Shown piece by piece: positions 9,054 through 18,207 of a DNA stretch of 32,000 nt. Origin of the DNA: Candidatus Hermodarchaeota archaeon (GTDB lineage Archaea; Asgardarchaeota; Heimdallarchaeia; Hodarchaeales; Hodarchaeaceae); contig JBHLKY010000027.1 in the NCBI GenBank assembly GCA_048886185.1, positions 16,976-48,975 on the forward strand, written 5' to 3'. The position numbers and the translations under genes were made by a program. Under the pieces are notes generated by a model. That model was given only the letters and a program-made list of their open reading frames with translations. It did no database searches and was not told where the DNA came from. Every line of letters starts with the position of its first letter. Position 1 is the stretch's first letter.

Positions 9054-10073
9054 TCAGGTTTCAGGATTCCAAAGAAATTTCAATGGTTTCGATTGTAAAA
9101 AATTTAAAATGTCCTCTGTAATCATATCTGTTTGGTGACGAACTACATCTACAGTATTTCCTCCAAAATGTGGCATTACAGTCACATTATCAAATTCTAG
9201 GAATCGATTGTCTGAATCAACAGGTTCTTCATCGAAAACATCAAGGCCAGCACCAGCTATTCGTTTCTCTTTGATAGCATCATAAAGGGCATCTTCATCA
9301 ATACAAAATGACCGAGCTAGATTGAAGAACTGAGCTGTGGGTTTCATTAATGAAAAAAGCTTTGCGTTAATTAGCTCCTCAGTCTCTTCCACAGGAGGGG
9401 TGTGAATTGTAACCATATCAGATTCTTTCATTAATGTTTCAAGGGAAACGCTTTTCGCTCTAGTTTCAAGTACAACTTTGTCATCTTCAGGAACATAAGG
9501 GTCAAAATAAAGAATTTTAGACCCAAAACCTTTGCTTAGTCTATATGCTACCCTCGAACCAATTGCTCCAAATCCAATTATTCCTATAATTAAACCACCT
9601 AGTTCCACACCCCGATAACGATTAAAAAACTCTGCAAAATCTTCCTCATTTTCAAGCTCCGCAGTATTGAATTTACCACCTTTAAGAAGACGATCAATCT
9701 CAATCATTTTACGTGCTTGGGTAAACATCATTGCTACTGTGAGATCTGCCACAGCATCAGCATTCCGATGAGGTGTATAGATAACAGGAATATTTTTTTC
9801 CTTAGCGGCTTCCTCATCAACATTTACTGGAGTACCTCTAGTTGATGCGATAAGTTTTAAATTTGTTTTGTCAATAACCCAAGCATCTACCTCATCTGTC
9901 TCTGTTATGAAGATATCCACTATATTGTCGTTTAATTTTTTAATGAGTTCATCTTCATCGAAATAGATCTTTCCTGTATCTCTCCAGCTCTCATAAATGA
10001 CTTCGCAGTGTTCCTGCAGCTTTTTTATCCCACTTTCGTGGAATGGGGCAGTAATTAGGATTTTCACAAACAA
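9054..10073 (-). CDS. D-isomer-specific 2-hydroxyacid dehydrogenase, YoaD-like
   Basis: GIIGFGAIG Rossmann motif, NLARS (Arg), DVFDEEP (Glu), MPHFGG (His); N-terminus resembles B. subtilis YoaD as recalled. Confidence 0.9.
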   Translation of the reverse strand: MFVKILITAPFHESGIKKLQEHCEVIYESWRDTGKIYFDEDELIKKLNDNIVDIFITETDEVDAWVIDKTNLKLIASTRGTPVNVDEEAAKEKNIPVIYTPHRNADAVADLTVAMMFTQARKMIEIDRLLKGGKFNTAELENEEDFAEFFNRYRGVELGGLIIGIIGFGAIGSRVAYRLSKGFGSKILYFDPYVPEDDKVVLETRAKSVSLETLMKESDMVTIHTPPVEETEELINAKLFSLMKPTAQFFNLARSFCIDEDALYDAIKEKRIAGAGLDVFDEEPVDSDNRFLEFDNVTVMPHFGGNTVDVVRHQTDMITEDILNFLQSKPLKFLWNPET

Positions 10074-10092
10074 TTCCTCTTAATAGAAAGCT

Positions 10093-11601
10093 TCAATCTT
10101 CTTCTCTTGATTTGTTATACAATTCCAACCATTGTGAAAAAAGAATATCATATTCAGCCTGATAATCTTGATTAGGAGAAAAAATAGTTTTCTCTTTAAT
10201 TAACTGGGAAACTGCTTCATTTACGGTATTAAAGCGTCCAGTACCAATCATGCATGAAATAAATCCAGCTACGGAAGCTCCCTCTGGCACAAAAACGTGA
10301 ATATCAGTTTGAACTACATCTGCTAGGACTTGACAAAAAGCCTTCGATCGAGCTAACCCTCCAACAACATAAATAGTCTCCAAGGAAGAGTCTGTTACAT
10401 TAAGAATCTGTTCCATATTTGCTCGAACAGAGAAAGAAAGATTCTCTACCACAGCTCTCGCAAAGGCACCAACATCCAGATTATCTTCTAACATATATGC
10501 TATTGGAGAAAAAATAAATCCTCCTGTTGGAATTCGTAACATATCCTGAGCATTAAATATTTGAGGCCCAATATCTGCCTGAACTCCTCCTGCTCCAGGC
10601 GCTTGAGAAAAAACAAGCTCTTCAAATTTCTCATAAGGATTTTTTACACCTAACTTTACCAAAAAAGATTCCACAAACCACTGATGAGCATCTCCCGCAG
10701 ATCCAGCATTTGATTCAATCACCCAATTTCCCAAGAAAGGATTTGTCCAGACACGTCTTTCAGAATCTAAAATAGGGTGTGACAAAACAAAATAAATGGG
10801 CATTGTAGAACCTGCAACTACTCCTAAAGATCCAGGAGCTATTGCTCCGCATCCAATAAGGGATGCTTGACTATCAGCACACCCCATATAAACAGGTGTT
10901 TGTGATTGTAGGTTTAATCTCTTGACAATGCTAGGGAGGATAGGCCCGATTAGTTCTCCATACTCTAAAATTTTCGGTAGAATCTCATGGGAAATTTTAA
11001 AAGCTTCAAGAATCTTTTTCGACCAATTTTTCTTCGTAATATCATAGAGGAGAGTTTCACATGCCCCTGTCTCATCAATTGTATATTGATTTGTTAAACG
11101 GAAATTAACCCATCCGTCAATTGTCAAGAGATGCTTGATTTGTTCATATATTTCTGACTCATTTTCTTGAAACCACAGTAATCTAGCTAATGGAAAAATG
11201 AAGGGAAGACCTCTACCAGTAATATCATAAATTTCATCATTTTCCATGTATTCTTCAGTATCAACTTCTAATCCCCGGACATCCCGATTTGGGCCTGCAT
11301 AAAGCTCCTTCCCATCTTTATCGAGAAAAACACACCCTTGCCTTTGAGATGTGGCTGAAATAGCCTTGATGTTTCTCGGATCGATATGGGCTTGACTAAT
11401 AGCATCTTGAATGGTTTTGATGATAATATTCCAGAATTTTTCTGGATCAAACTCATGTCCATATGGCGCTAAATCTTCCGGAATCTGATATAAGTGACTC
11501 CATTTGGTTTTTGCAAAACCAACGATTTTGCCATTCTCATCTCCAATAACAGCTTTTCCTCCACTTGTCCCCGCATCTATCGTTAAATAATAATCTGTCA
11601 T
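10093..11601 (-). CDS. FGGY-family carbohydrate kinase, YoaC/LsrK-like
   Basis: LTIDAGTSGGK, ATSQRQG, GCADSQAS, VVGGLARS..QVLADV motifs. Confidence 0.9.
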   Translation of the reverse strand: MTDYYLTIDAGTSGGKAVIGDENGKIVGFAKTKWSHLYQIPEDLAPYGHEFDPEKFWNIIIKTIQDAISQAHIDPRNIKAISATSQRQGCVFLDKDGKELYAGPNRDVRGLEVDTEEYMENDEIYDITGRGLPFIFPLARLLWFQENESEIYEQIKHLLTIDGWVNFRLTNQYTIDETGACETLLYDITKKNWSKKILEAFKISHEILPKILEYGELIGPILPSIVKRLNLQSQTPVYMGCADSQASLIGCGAIAPGSLGVVAGSTMPIYFVLSHPILDSERRVWTNPFLGNWVIESNAGSAGDAHQWFVESFLVKLGVKNPYEKFEELVFSQAPGAGGVQADIGPQIFNAQDMLRIPTGGFIFSPIAYMLEDNLDVGAFARAVVENLSFSVRANMEQILNVTDSSLETIYVVGGLARSKAFCQVLADVVQTDIHVFVPEGASVAGFISCMIGTGRFNTVNEAVSQLIKEKTIFSPNQDYQAEYDILFSQWLELYNKSREED

Positions 11602-11615
11602 ATAAATACCAATTT

Positions 11616-12233
11616 TTAATCAAATCCAGGAAATTTCCGCAATTCCCTACCAAATTGTTGAGCATTTAGATAAAGTCGTAAATATTCCTCCAGTGCACGA
11701 GTCTTAATTGCAGCCTCCTCAAATGTTTCTCCCACAGCAACGACCCCATGATTTTCAAGAATCACTATACTAGCATCCCATAGCTTGTCAGCTACTGCTT
11801 CTCCAAGATCTTCTGACCCCGATTGCTCATAAGGCACTATTATAATTTCAGGAACCAGAAAACCTAATTCAGCAGTTAAGGGAGGAAATTCTGGAGGATT
11901 CTTAAGAACAGAAAGAGCAGTTGCAAGGGGAGCATGGCTATGGATAATTACTTTGAAATCTTCATCTTCTTTAAAGATACGTAGATGCATTGGCCACTCA
12001 ATAGAAGGATTCATATCAGAATCAGACGATACTTCTCCCTCCATTGACATCTTAATTAAATGCTTAGGTTCAACAATGTTTTTTTTCAATCCAGAAGGAG
12101 TAATCCAGAAAAATTCATCATTTTCTTCTGACCGAAAACTTAAATTCCCTCCTACATCTGTAAGAATTCGCTCCTTATATAATTCTTTCATAGTTTGACA
12201 TAACTCAACTTTAATTTTTTCATCAATAGTCAT
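11616..12233 (-). CDS. Class II aldolase/adducin family protein
   Basis: GGNLSFR, ITPSG, PSIEWPMH (catalytic Glu), IHSHAP and ENHGVV Zn ligands. Confidence 0.92.
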   Translation of the reverse strand: MTIDEKIKVELCQTMKELYKERILTDVGGNLSFRSEENDEFFWITPSGLKKNIVEPKHLIKMSMEGEVSSDSDMNPSIEWPMHLRIFKEDEDFKVIIHSHAPLATALSVLKNPPEFPPLTAELGFLVPEIIIVPYEQSGSEDLGEAVADKLWDASIVILENHGVVAVGETFEEAAIKTRALEEYLRLYLNAQQFGRELRKFPGFD

Positions 12234-12327
12234 TTCATGACATCCATTAGATGAATAATTAAGAATAAAAGAATAATTTGAAGTACTTAATTCTGATTTT
12301 TGAAAATGAAGACATGTAAACTTATCA

Positions 12328-12666
12328 TTATTTCATTAATTTTTGCAGTTTCAGAAGATCGGGCATACTACCTTTTACTTTCAGCTTTTTACTGGTGTAG
12401 GCTTTCATTCCACCAATTTCACCAGCCATAATGCCTTTCCAAGTTACAGCATCAGTTGTAATTTTCACATGGACTTTACCTTCGGGAACCCCTTCTATTA
12501 CATCACTGGGCACACCATTTTCAATGTTTGTAAAGAAAGTTTTTCCTAAATCAGTGAATTCGAAAGCCATGGTTTTTGACCACTTTCGGAAAGTCTTTTG
12601 GGCATTTTCCGTGTTAAAATTCTCCAGCATCTTGTTTATTGAATCAATTGCATCCTGTTCTGACAT
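12328..12666 (-). CDS. SCP2 sterol/lipid-binding domain protein
   Basis: 112-aa ORF; WKGIMAGEIGGMKAYTSKKLKVKGSMPDLLKLQKL matches the SCP2 C-terminal pattern. Confidence 0.85.
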   Translation of the reverse strand: MSEQDAIDSINKMLENFNTENAQKTFRKWSKTMAFEFTDLGKTFFTNIENGVPSDVIEGVPEGKVHVKITTDAVTWKGIMAGEIGGMKAYTSKKLKVKGSMPDLLKLQKLMK

Positions 12667-12741
12667 TATTACTCACATAAGTACGTTGTTTAAGCAAGAT
12701 TCGATTTTTCATCATTATCTAAAAGGATTTTCTTAATTCAA

Positions 12742-14679
12742 TTAAATTTCTATAATAAATTCTTCCAATCCTAAATCCTTCAAATGGTTACTATCTGGAA
12801 TAGTAGTATATATATCCCATCTCAAAGCCTTTAGGAACTTCTCGAGGATTTTATCTTCTTCTTCAACTAAAGACACGTCTTGATTGGGGCCATCCTCCGC
12901 TTTTTCCATTATTCTTCGAGGTAGTTCAAATTCCAATGGATTAATCCCTTCACGAAGATTAAATAGGTGTTTTAATGTTAAAATCCTTTCTCCTGTTGTA
13001 ATAAAATCTTCAATAGATAGATTCAACCCTGTTACTAAGTTAACAAACTCTAGGACTGGGAAATTTCCAGTTAATAATCCAAATTGACATAATCCAACTG
13101 AAGAGATCGCTTGATGATAACAATAGAAATCTGGAATTCGGTTCTTTTTGTTTAAGGAAGGATACATCTTATGGAATTTAGATAAATCAATCATAACTTC
13201 TCCGAATGGTGTATGACGACCAGGACAAGGATCAAGCTTATAGGGAATCAAATATGCTTTAGAAAAACGCGGATCATGCGCGGGGAGAGCTTGATTGTTA
13301 ATATGAATTGCAAATTCCTCCACACCAAATTCTTTAGCTACTTTACCTATTCCATTTGCTAATAGATCTCCTATACCCTCACGATTTGCAATTTTTTTAA
13401 TCAATGGGAGAAGATCGTCAGAATTACCCCAAGAAATATCTAGTCCATCTAAGTCAGTAATAATTCTTTTTTCTGTAGCTTCCATTAATAATCCAAGGAG
13501 AGAACCAACAGCAATGGTGTCTAATCCTTGACGATTACAATAATCATTCATAGCATAAATTGATCCTAAATCGTCATTAAGTAAATTGGGGCCAAGCATC
13601 GCTAATGTTTCATATTCTGGTTTTTGTGTTTCTGACACATTAAAGCGTTCGTCTTTATATTCCATTATTCCTCCACAGGCCATGGGACATCTTTTACATC
13701 CATACTTTCGAACCCGATACTTTGTAACGTTATCAGTTGCTAATTTTGAGCTTTTTCTAAGCGGGAAGTCTTTATGACTCCCTTTCCAATTCTTTATAGG
13801 TGCATCTCCAGTCTCAACACATACTGCTGTTCCTGCTGCTGTTCCCCATCGCTTGTATGATTCAATCACCATGCTACTAGTACTCATTGACTCATAATTC
13901 TTAATCTTGAATCGACGAAGCCAAGGAGCAAATGTGGTTGATAATTTTAGACTAGGTTTTAAAAGAAAGTTTAAACTCTTCGATATCCACTTATTAACTG
14001 TAGTACGGAGCTCAAGAAGTCCATTAGGATCGAATTCGGGAATATCTTTTGTTCCTCTTACAACTACTGCCTTAAGATTCTTTGAACCCATTACAGCACC
14101 AAGACCACTTCTTGCTGCAACTCTAGCTTTATCTGTCACTATACCAGTGATCAAAACAATATTCTCCCCAGCTAACCCAATACTAGCTACCTGAACTTTT
14201 GATCCATACTTCTGTTTTAGTTCCTCCTCGGTTTCAACACAATCTAATCCTTTCAAATTTGGAGATGGAACTATCTCAATAGACTCATCAGTAATGTATA
14301 AAATAGAAAGATCTCTTGCTTTCCCTTTAATGAGCAGTAAATCAAATCCAGCTTGACGTAATTCAGGACCAAATCGCCCCCCTGAATTTGATTCCCCCCA
14401 AGTACCAGTTAATGGTGATTTTCCAGCAACAATATACCTTCCAGAGAAAGGTACTTTAGTTCCACTAAGAACACCAGTAATGAAACATAAAATGTTCTCA
14501 GGTCCTAATGGATCTGTATTAGAAGGCATATTTCGGAGAATATAATCAGTAGCAAACCCCTCACCTCCTAAGTACTTTTTGAATATTTCATCCTTGAATG
14601 AATGGGACTCCATGGTTACCGTAGACTTTGATAGGTCTACGAGACCCACACAAATCGAATTATTGAAGTTGAAGTTCAA
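12742..14679 (-). CDS. aor: Tungsten-type aldehyde:ferredoxin oxidoreductase family protein
   Basis: KSPLTG..GESNSGG, AARSGLGAVMGSKNLKAV, CKRCPMAC 4Fe-4S motif, PEYET, GLDTI. Confidence 0.93.
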   Translation of the reverse strand: MNFNFNNSICVGLVDLSKSTVTMESHSFKDEIFKKYLGGEGFATDYILRNMPSNTDPLGPENILCFITGVLSGTKVPFSGRYIVAGKSPLTGTWGESNSGGRFGPELRQAGFDLLLIKGKARDLSILYITDESIEIVPSPNLKGLDCVETEEELKQKYGSKVQVASIGLAGENIVLITGIVTDKARVAARSGLGAVMGSKNLKAVVVRGTKDIPEFDPNGLLELRTTVNKWISKSLNFLLKPSLKLSTTFAPWLRRFKIKNYESMSTSSMVIESYKRWGTAAGTAVCVETGDAPIKNWKGSHKDFPLRKSSKLATDNVTKYRVRKYGCKRCPMACGGIMEYKDERFNVSETQKPEYETLAMLGPNLLNDDLGSIYAMNDYCNRQGLDTIAVGSLLGLLMEATEKRIITDLDGLDISWGNSDDLLPLIKKIANREGIGDLLANGIGKVAKEFGVEEFAIHINNQALPAHDPRFSKAYLIPYKLDPCPGRHTPFGEVMIDLSKFHKMYPSLNKKNRIPDFYCYHQAISSVGLCQFGLLTGNFPVLEFVNLVTGLNLSIEDFITTGERILTLKHLFNLREGINPLEFELPRRIMEKAEDGPNQDVSLVEEEDKILEKFLKALRWDIYTTIPDSNHLKDLGLEEFIIEI

Positions 14680-14815
14680 GTTCTCACCAGTTTCTTTAAC
14701 ATTAAGAATTATTCATTCTTAAAAGCAATTTATTAACTCTCCTTTTATATCAATCCTCTTTAATACGAGAAATGAAACAAGACAAAATATCACTCAATAG
14801 GTAGTTGGTACATTA

Positions 14816-16183
14816 ATGCTATCATTAAAACTCATAGAAAAGTGTGCTGAAGAAAATCTTGAAAAATCTCTCGATGATTTATTTAAGCTTACAAGAATTC
14901 CTACCGTAACTGCAAAAGGAGGAGAACATTCCTCAGATGCTTTAGTAGAATTACAGAGGATTTGTAATCAATTAGGCTTTAAATGCTCTATAATTAATAC
15001 GAAAGGTGAACCCATTTTTATTGCGGAATTAAATGCGAATCAGCCCAAGACCTTACTTTTTTACAATCATTATGATGTGCAACCAGCTGAACCTTTGGAT
15101 CAATGGATCACTCCTCCATTTGAACCAGAAATAAGAGAAGGAAAGATATATGGACGAGGAGTAGCTGATAATAAAGGCAACATACTTGCAAGAGTGTATG
15201 CAGTAAAGATCATTCAAGAGTTACAGAACGGCATCCTTCCAGTTAATGTAAAGTTTATCATAGAAGGAGAGGAAGAAGTGTCAAGCCCACATTTAAAAGA
15301 ATTTGTAGATTCACATAATGATTTCTTATTTTCAGACCAAACAGTATGCATATGGGAGTTTGGAGGGACAAATGCAACAGGAAAACAAACGATATGGGCA
15401 GGTGTGAAAGGAATTTGCTATGTACAAGTTAAAAGCACAGGCCCAATTAGAGATTTACACTCAGCCTATGGCGCAATTATTGAGAATCCAGCTAATCATT
15501 TGGTTTCAGCATTAGCCTCTCTAAGAGATGATCAAACAGATAAGATTCTAATTGAGCACTATTATAAACCAATTATTCCTCCTTCTGAAGAAGTTTTAGA
15601 AGCTATTTCAATGGTAGAAAGAGATTTTGATGAAGAAAAACAGAAGGAACAATTAGGCGTTAAATCGTTCATTGGAGGATTACAAGGGGAAGCTCTGCTT
15701 AAGAAATATTATTTAACTCCAACATGCACTATTTGTGGAATTTGGTCGGGTTGGCAAGGTATTGGAGGGAAAACGGTGTTACCAGCTGAAGCTTATGCTA
15801 AGCTAGATTTCAGACTGGTTCCCAATCAAACACCAACCGATGTTATTCAGAAGTTACATACTCACTTCCAAACACATAATTTCAATGTTGAGATTGAATG
15901 GTTTGAAGGATATCCTCCGGCCTCTACTTCACTATCAGATCCTTTCGTTGGATTACTCAAGGAGACTATGACCGAAGTCTACGGACATAATCCCATTATT
16001 CACCCCTGGAGTCCTGCTTCAGGACCCATGTATTTATTCGCTGATCATATTCCTACATTATCAATAGGTGTATCAAACGCAGGGAGTTATGGTCACGCTC
16101 CTAATGAAAACATTTTAGTTGAAGACTTTAAACAGGGACAAGTTTGTATTGCTAGATTCATGGAAAAAATGGCAGAATCCTAA
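14816..16183 (+). CDS. M20/M25/M40 family metallopeptidase (DapE/ArgE-like)
   Basis: YNHYDVQP, GRGVADNKG, EGEEE, HAPNE metal-binding motifs. Confidence 0.92.
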   Translation: MLSLKLIEKCAEENLEKSLDDLFKLTRIPTVTAKGGEHSSDALVELQRICNQLGFKCSIINTKGEPIFIAELNANQPKTLLFYNHYDVQPAEPLDQWITPPFEPEIREGKIYGRGVADNKGNILARVYAVKIIQELQNGILPVNVKFIIEGEEEVSSPHLKEFVDSHNDFLFSDQTVCIWEFGGTNATGKQTIWAGVKGICYVQVKSTGPIRDLHSAYGAIIENPANHLVSALASLRDDQTDKILIEHYYKPIIPPSEEVLEAISMVERDFDEEKQKEQLGVKSFIGGLQGEALLKKYYLTPTCTICGIWSGWQGIGGKTVLPAEAYAKLDFRLVPNQTPTDVIQKLHTHFQTHNFNVEIEWFEGYPPASTSLSDPFVGLLKETMTEVYGHNPIIHPWSPASGPMYLFADHIPTLSIGVSNAGSYGHAPNENILVEDFKQGQVCIARFMEKMAES

Positions 16184-16212
16184 TTTGTATTGATAATAGA
16201 TATATTTGTTAA

Positions 16213-16662
16213 GTGAGGAAGATGCTCAATAAAATGATTCATGCTGCTGATGGTCTGTTAACATATGAAGATGAAAAGATTGTTTTAATCCAACGCAAGA
16301 GTGACACTTTCGGCGGATTTTGGGCAATTCCTGGAGGGGTCGTTGAGGAGGAGGAAACTGTTGAGGAGGCCCTTATTCGAGAAATGAAAGAGGAAGTAGG
16401 GGCATTAGTTACACCAAAAGGAATACTAGGAGTCTTTTCTGATCCAAATCGTGACCCAAGAGGGCGAGTGATCTCTACTGTCTTTATTTGTGATTTCGAA
16501 GGAGACTTAAAGGCAGGATCAGATGCAGGGGGCGTAAAGATATGCAAAATTGAAGAAGCACTTAGAATGAATCTCGCTTTTGATCACAACTTGATTTTAG
16601 AATGTTATCAACAATGGCTTGAAAAAGGAGGTACATATTGGTCTAACAAAACTTTAGAGTAA
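16213..16662 (+). CDS. Nudix hydrolase
   Basis: Complete Nudix box GGVVEEEETVEEALIREMKEEVG; RDPRG; LAFDH. Confidence 0.93.
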   Translation: MRKMLNKMIHAADGLLTYEDEKIVLIQRKSDTFGGFWAIPGGVVEEEETVEEALIREMKEEVGALVTPKGILGVFSDPNRDPRGRVISTVFICDFEGDLKAGSDAGGVKICKIEEALRMNLAFDHNLILECYQQWLEKGGTYWSNKTLE

Positions 16663-16691
16663 AAACCTTAAACCCCTATTCAAAGACCCCT

Positions 16692-18125
16692 TTAGCAATA
16701 ATAATCCACAAGAGCTTTCATCGCTTTAACTGCCATTGAGGGCCATTTGAAAACAGCAATACCATTATTTTGAAGAAATTCTACCGCTTCATCAGCAGTA
16801 TCTAAACAACTGATTAATACAGGTATTTTATTCTGATGAATCCAGCTGACAAAGTTCTCTAAATTTTCCCTTAACATAGCTTCCATAACTGATGCTGGAA
16901 GCAATTCCATAAATTCATTGTTCCCAAATTTGAACATACGTTCCATCATGTTCCCTCCAAAGACACCATAGAAGAGTAATGCATCAACTTCACCTGATTG
17001 CCAGATAAGACGCGGAACTTCGTTATAAAAAAGGTTCATATCCATATCAAAAGTGAGATCAATAGGATTATTAGCAGATGCGGTCGGAAGAATAACGTTT
17101 CGAAGTTGATTCTGTAGATTAGAAGAGAATGAGGGGACAGGTAATCCATATCGTTCGCAGCTGTCTGCAAAAGTCACAGCAGGACCGCCAGAATTTGTAA
17201 TCAATCCTATTCGCTCTCCTTTAGGAGGATAAGTTAGAGAAAAAGTATGAAGAAACTCGTACATTTCTTCCATTGTTTCAGTAGTGATAGCTCCTGACTG
17301 TTTAAAGACAGTGTCATAAACAGAAGAATTCCCCCCTAAAGAAGCGGTGTGTGACATGCCCGCTCTTGACCCAGCCTCCGTTCCGCCTACATAATGCACA
17401 ACAACAGGCTTATTTTTTGCTAATTCCTGGAGACCATTCGCAAATCGTCGCCCCCCCCTTTTCACTCCCTCAATATAAAGACCAACAACCTTTGTGTCTG
17501 AATCATACCTAAGATATTCCATACAATTTGTGATATCGACATTTGCTTCATTTCCTACTGAAATTGCTTTTCCAAGACGTAATCCTCTTCTCTCCATCCA
17601 AATTAAGATTTGAGAGATCCATGATCCCGATTGACTTACCAATGAAATGTTCCCCTTTTGATTTTTTGGTAATTCGAAAGGGAACCAAGTACAGTTGAAA
17701 ATACCTTGTTGACAATGAAGATTTATTATTCCAATGCAGTTTGGACCTATAAAGCGCATTCTATAACGTTTAGCTATTTTATTTAATGCTATTTGATTTT
17801 TAATCTCGCCTACTTCACTGAAACCTGCGGAAACAATAATTACATAAGGAATACCTAGTTTTCCTGCTTTTTCTAGGTAATCAGGAACCAATTGTGTTGG
17901 TAAAACAATTATAAGAAGATCAGGGATTTCAGGTAGGTCTTCAAGTTTTCTATAAGCTGGAAATCCTAAAATGATATCTTCCTTAAGATGTACAGGATAA
18001 ATTTTCCCCCTAAACCGAGTTTGTAAAACGTACAATTGTCCTGTCCCCATTGTTGTGAAGTCATTACTCGCTCCTAAGAAAGCGACCGATCTCGGGTTCA
18101 TTAGTTTCTCTAAAAAGTGGGTCAT
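16692..18125 (-). CDS. acdA: ADP-forming acetate/acyl-CoA synthetase alpha subunit (CoA-binding + ligase domains, no ATP-grasp)
   Basis: NPRSVAFLGAS, IGPNCIG, VSQSG, SVGNEA, SHTASL phospho-His motif, TNSGGPA, NPIDLT. Confidence 0.85.
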   Translation of the reverse strand: MTHFLEKLMNPRSVAFLGASNDFTTMGTGQLYVLQTRFRGKIYPVHLKEDIILGFPAYRKLEDLPEIPDLLIIVLPTQLVPDYLEKAGKLGIPYVIIVSAGFSEVGEIKNQIALNKIAKRYRMRFIGPNCIGIINLHCQQGIFNCTWFPFELPKNQKGNISLVSQSGSWISQILIWMERRGLRLGKAISVGNEANVDITNCMEYLRYDSDTKVVGLYIEGVKRGGRRFANGLQELAKNKPVVVHYVGGTEAGSRAGMSHTASLGGNSSVYDTVFKQSGAITTETMEEMYEFLHTFSLTYPPKGERIGLITNSGGPAVTFADSCERYGLPVPSFSSNLQNQLRNVILPTASANNPIDLTFDMDMNLFYNEVPRLIWQSGEVDALLFYGVFGGNMMERMFKFGNNEFMELLPASVMEAMLRENLENFVSWIHQNKIPVLISCLDTADEAVEFLQNNGIAVFKWPSMAVKAMKALVDYYC

Positions 18126-18207
18126 GGCTTCATAATCAACACTAACTGCTTTTATAAAATATTTTCAGTAACACCTAAATACAGGCTATATTAAAGCTCT
18201 AATGCAG

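Noticed and set aside
8835-9098. 87-aa plus-strand ORF
   Set aside because: It overlaps the 3' end of the dehydrogenase on the opposite strand, has no RBS and no recognisable motif, so it is probably spurious; a 38-codon minus-strand alternative is equally unsupported
12234-12327. SAM-I (S-box) riboswitch upstream of the yoaCD-like genes, expected by analogy with B. subtilis
   Set aside because: No S-box consensus elements in this or the other intergenic regions of the cluster
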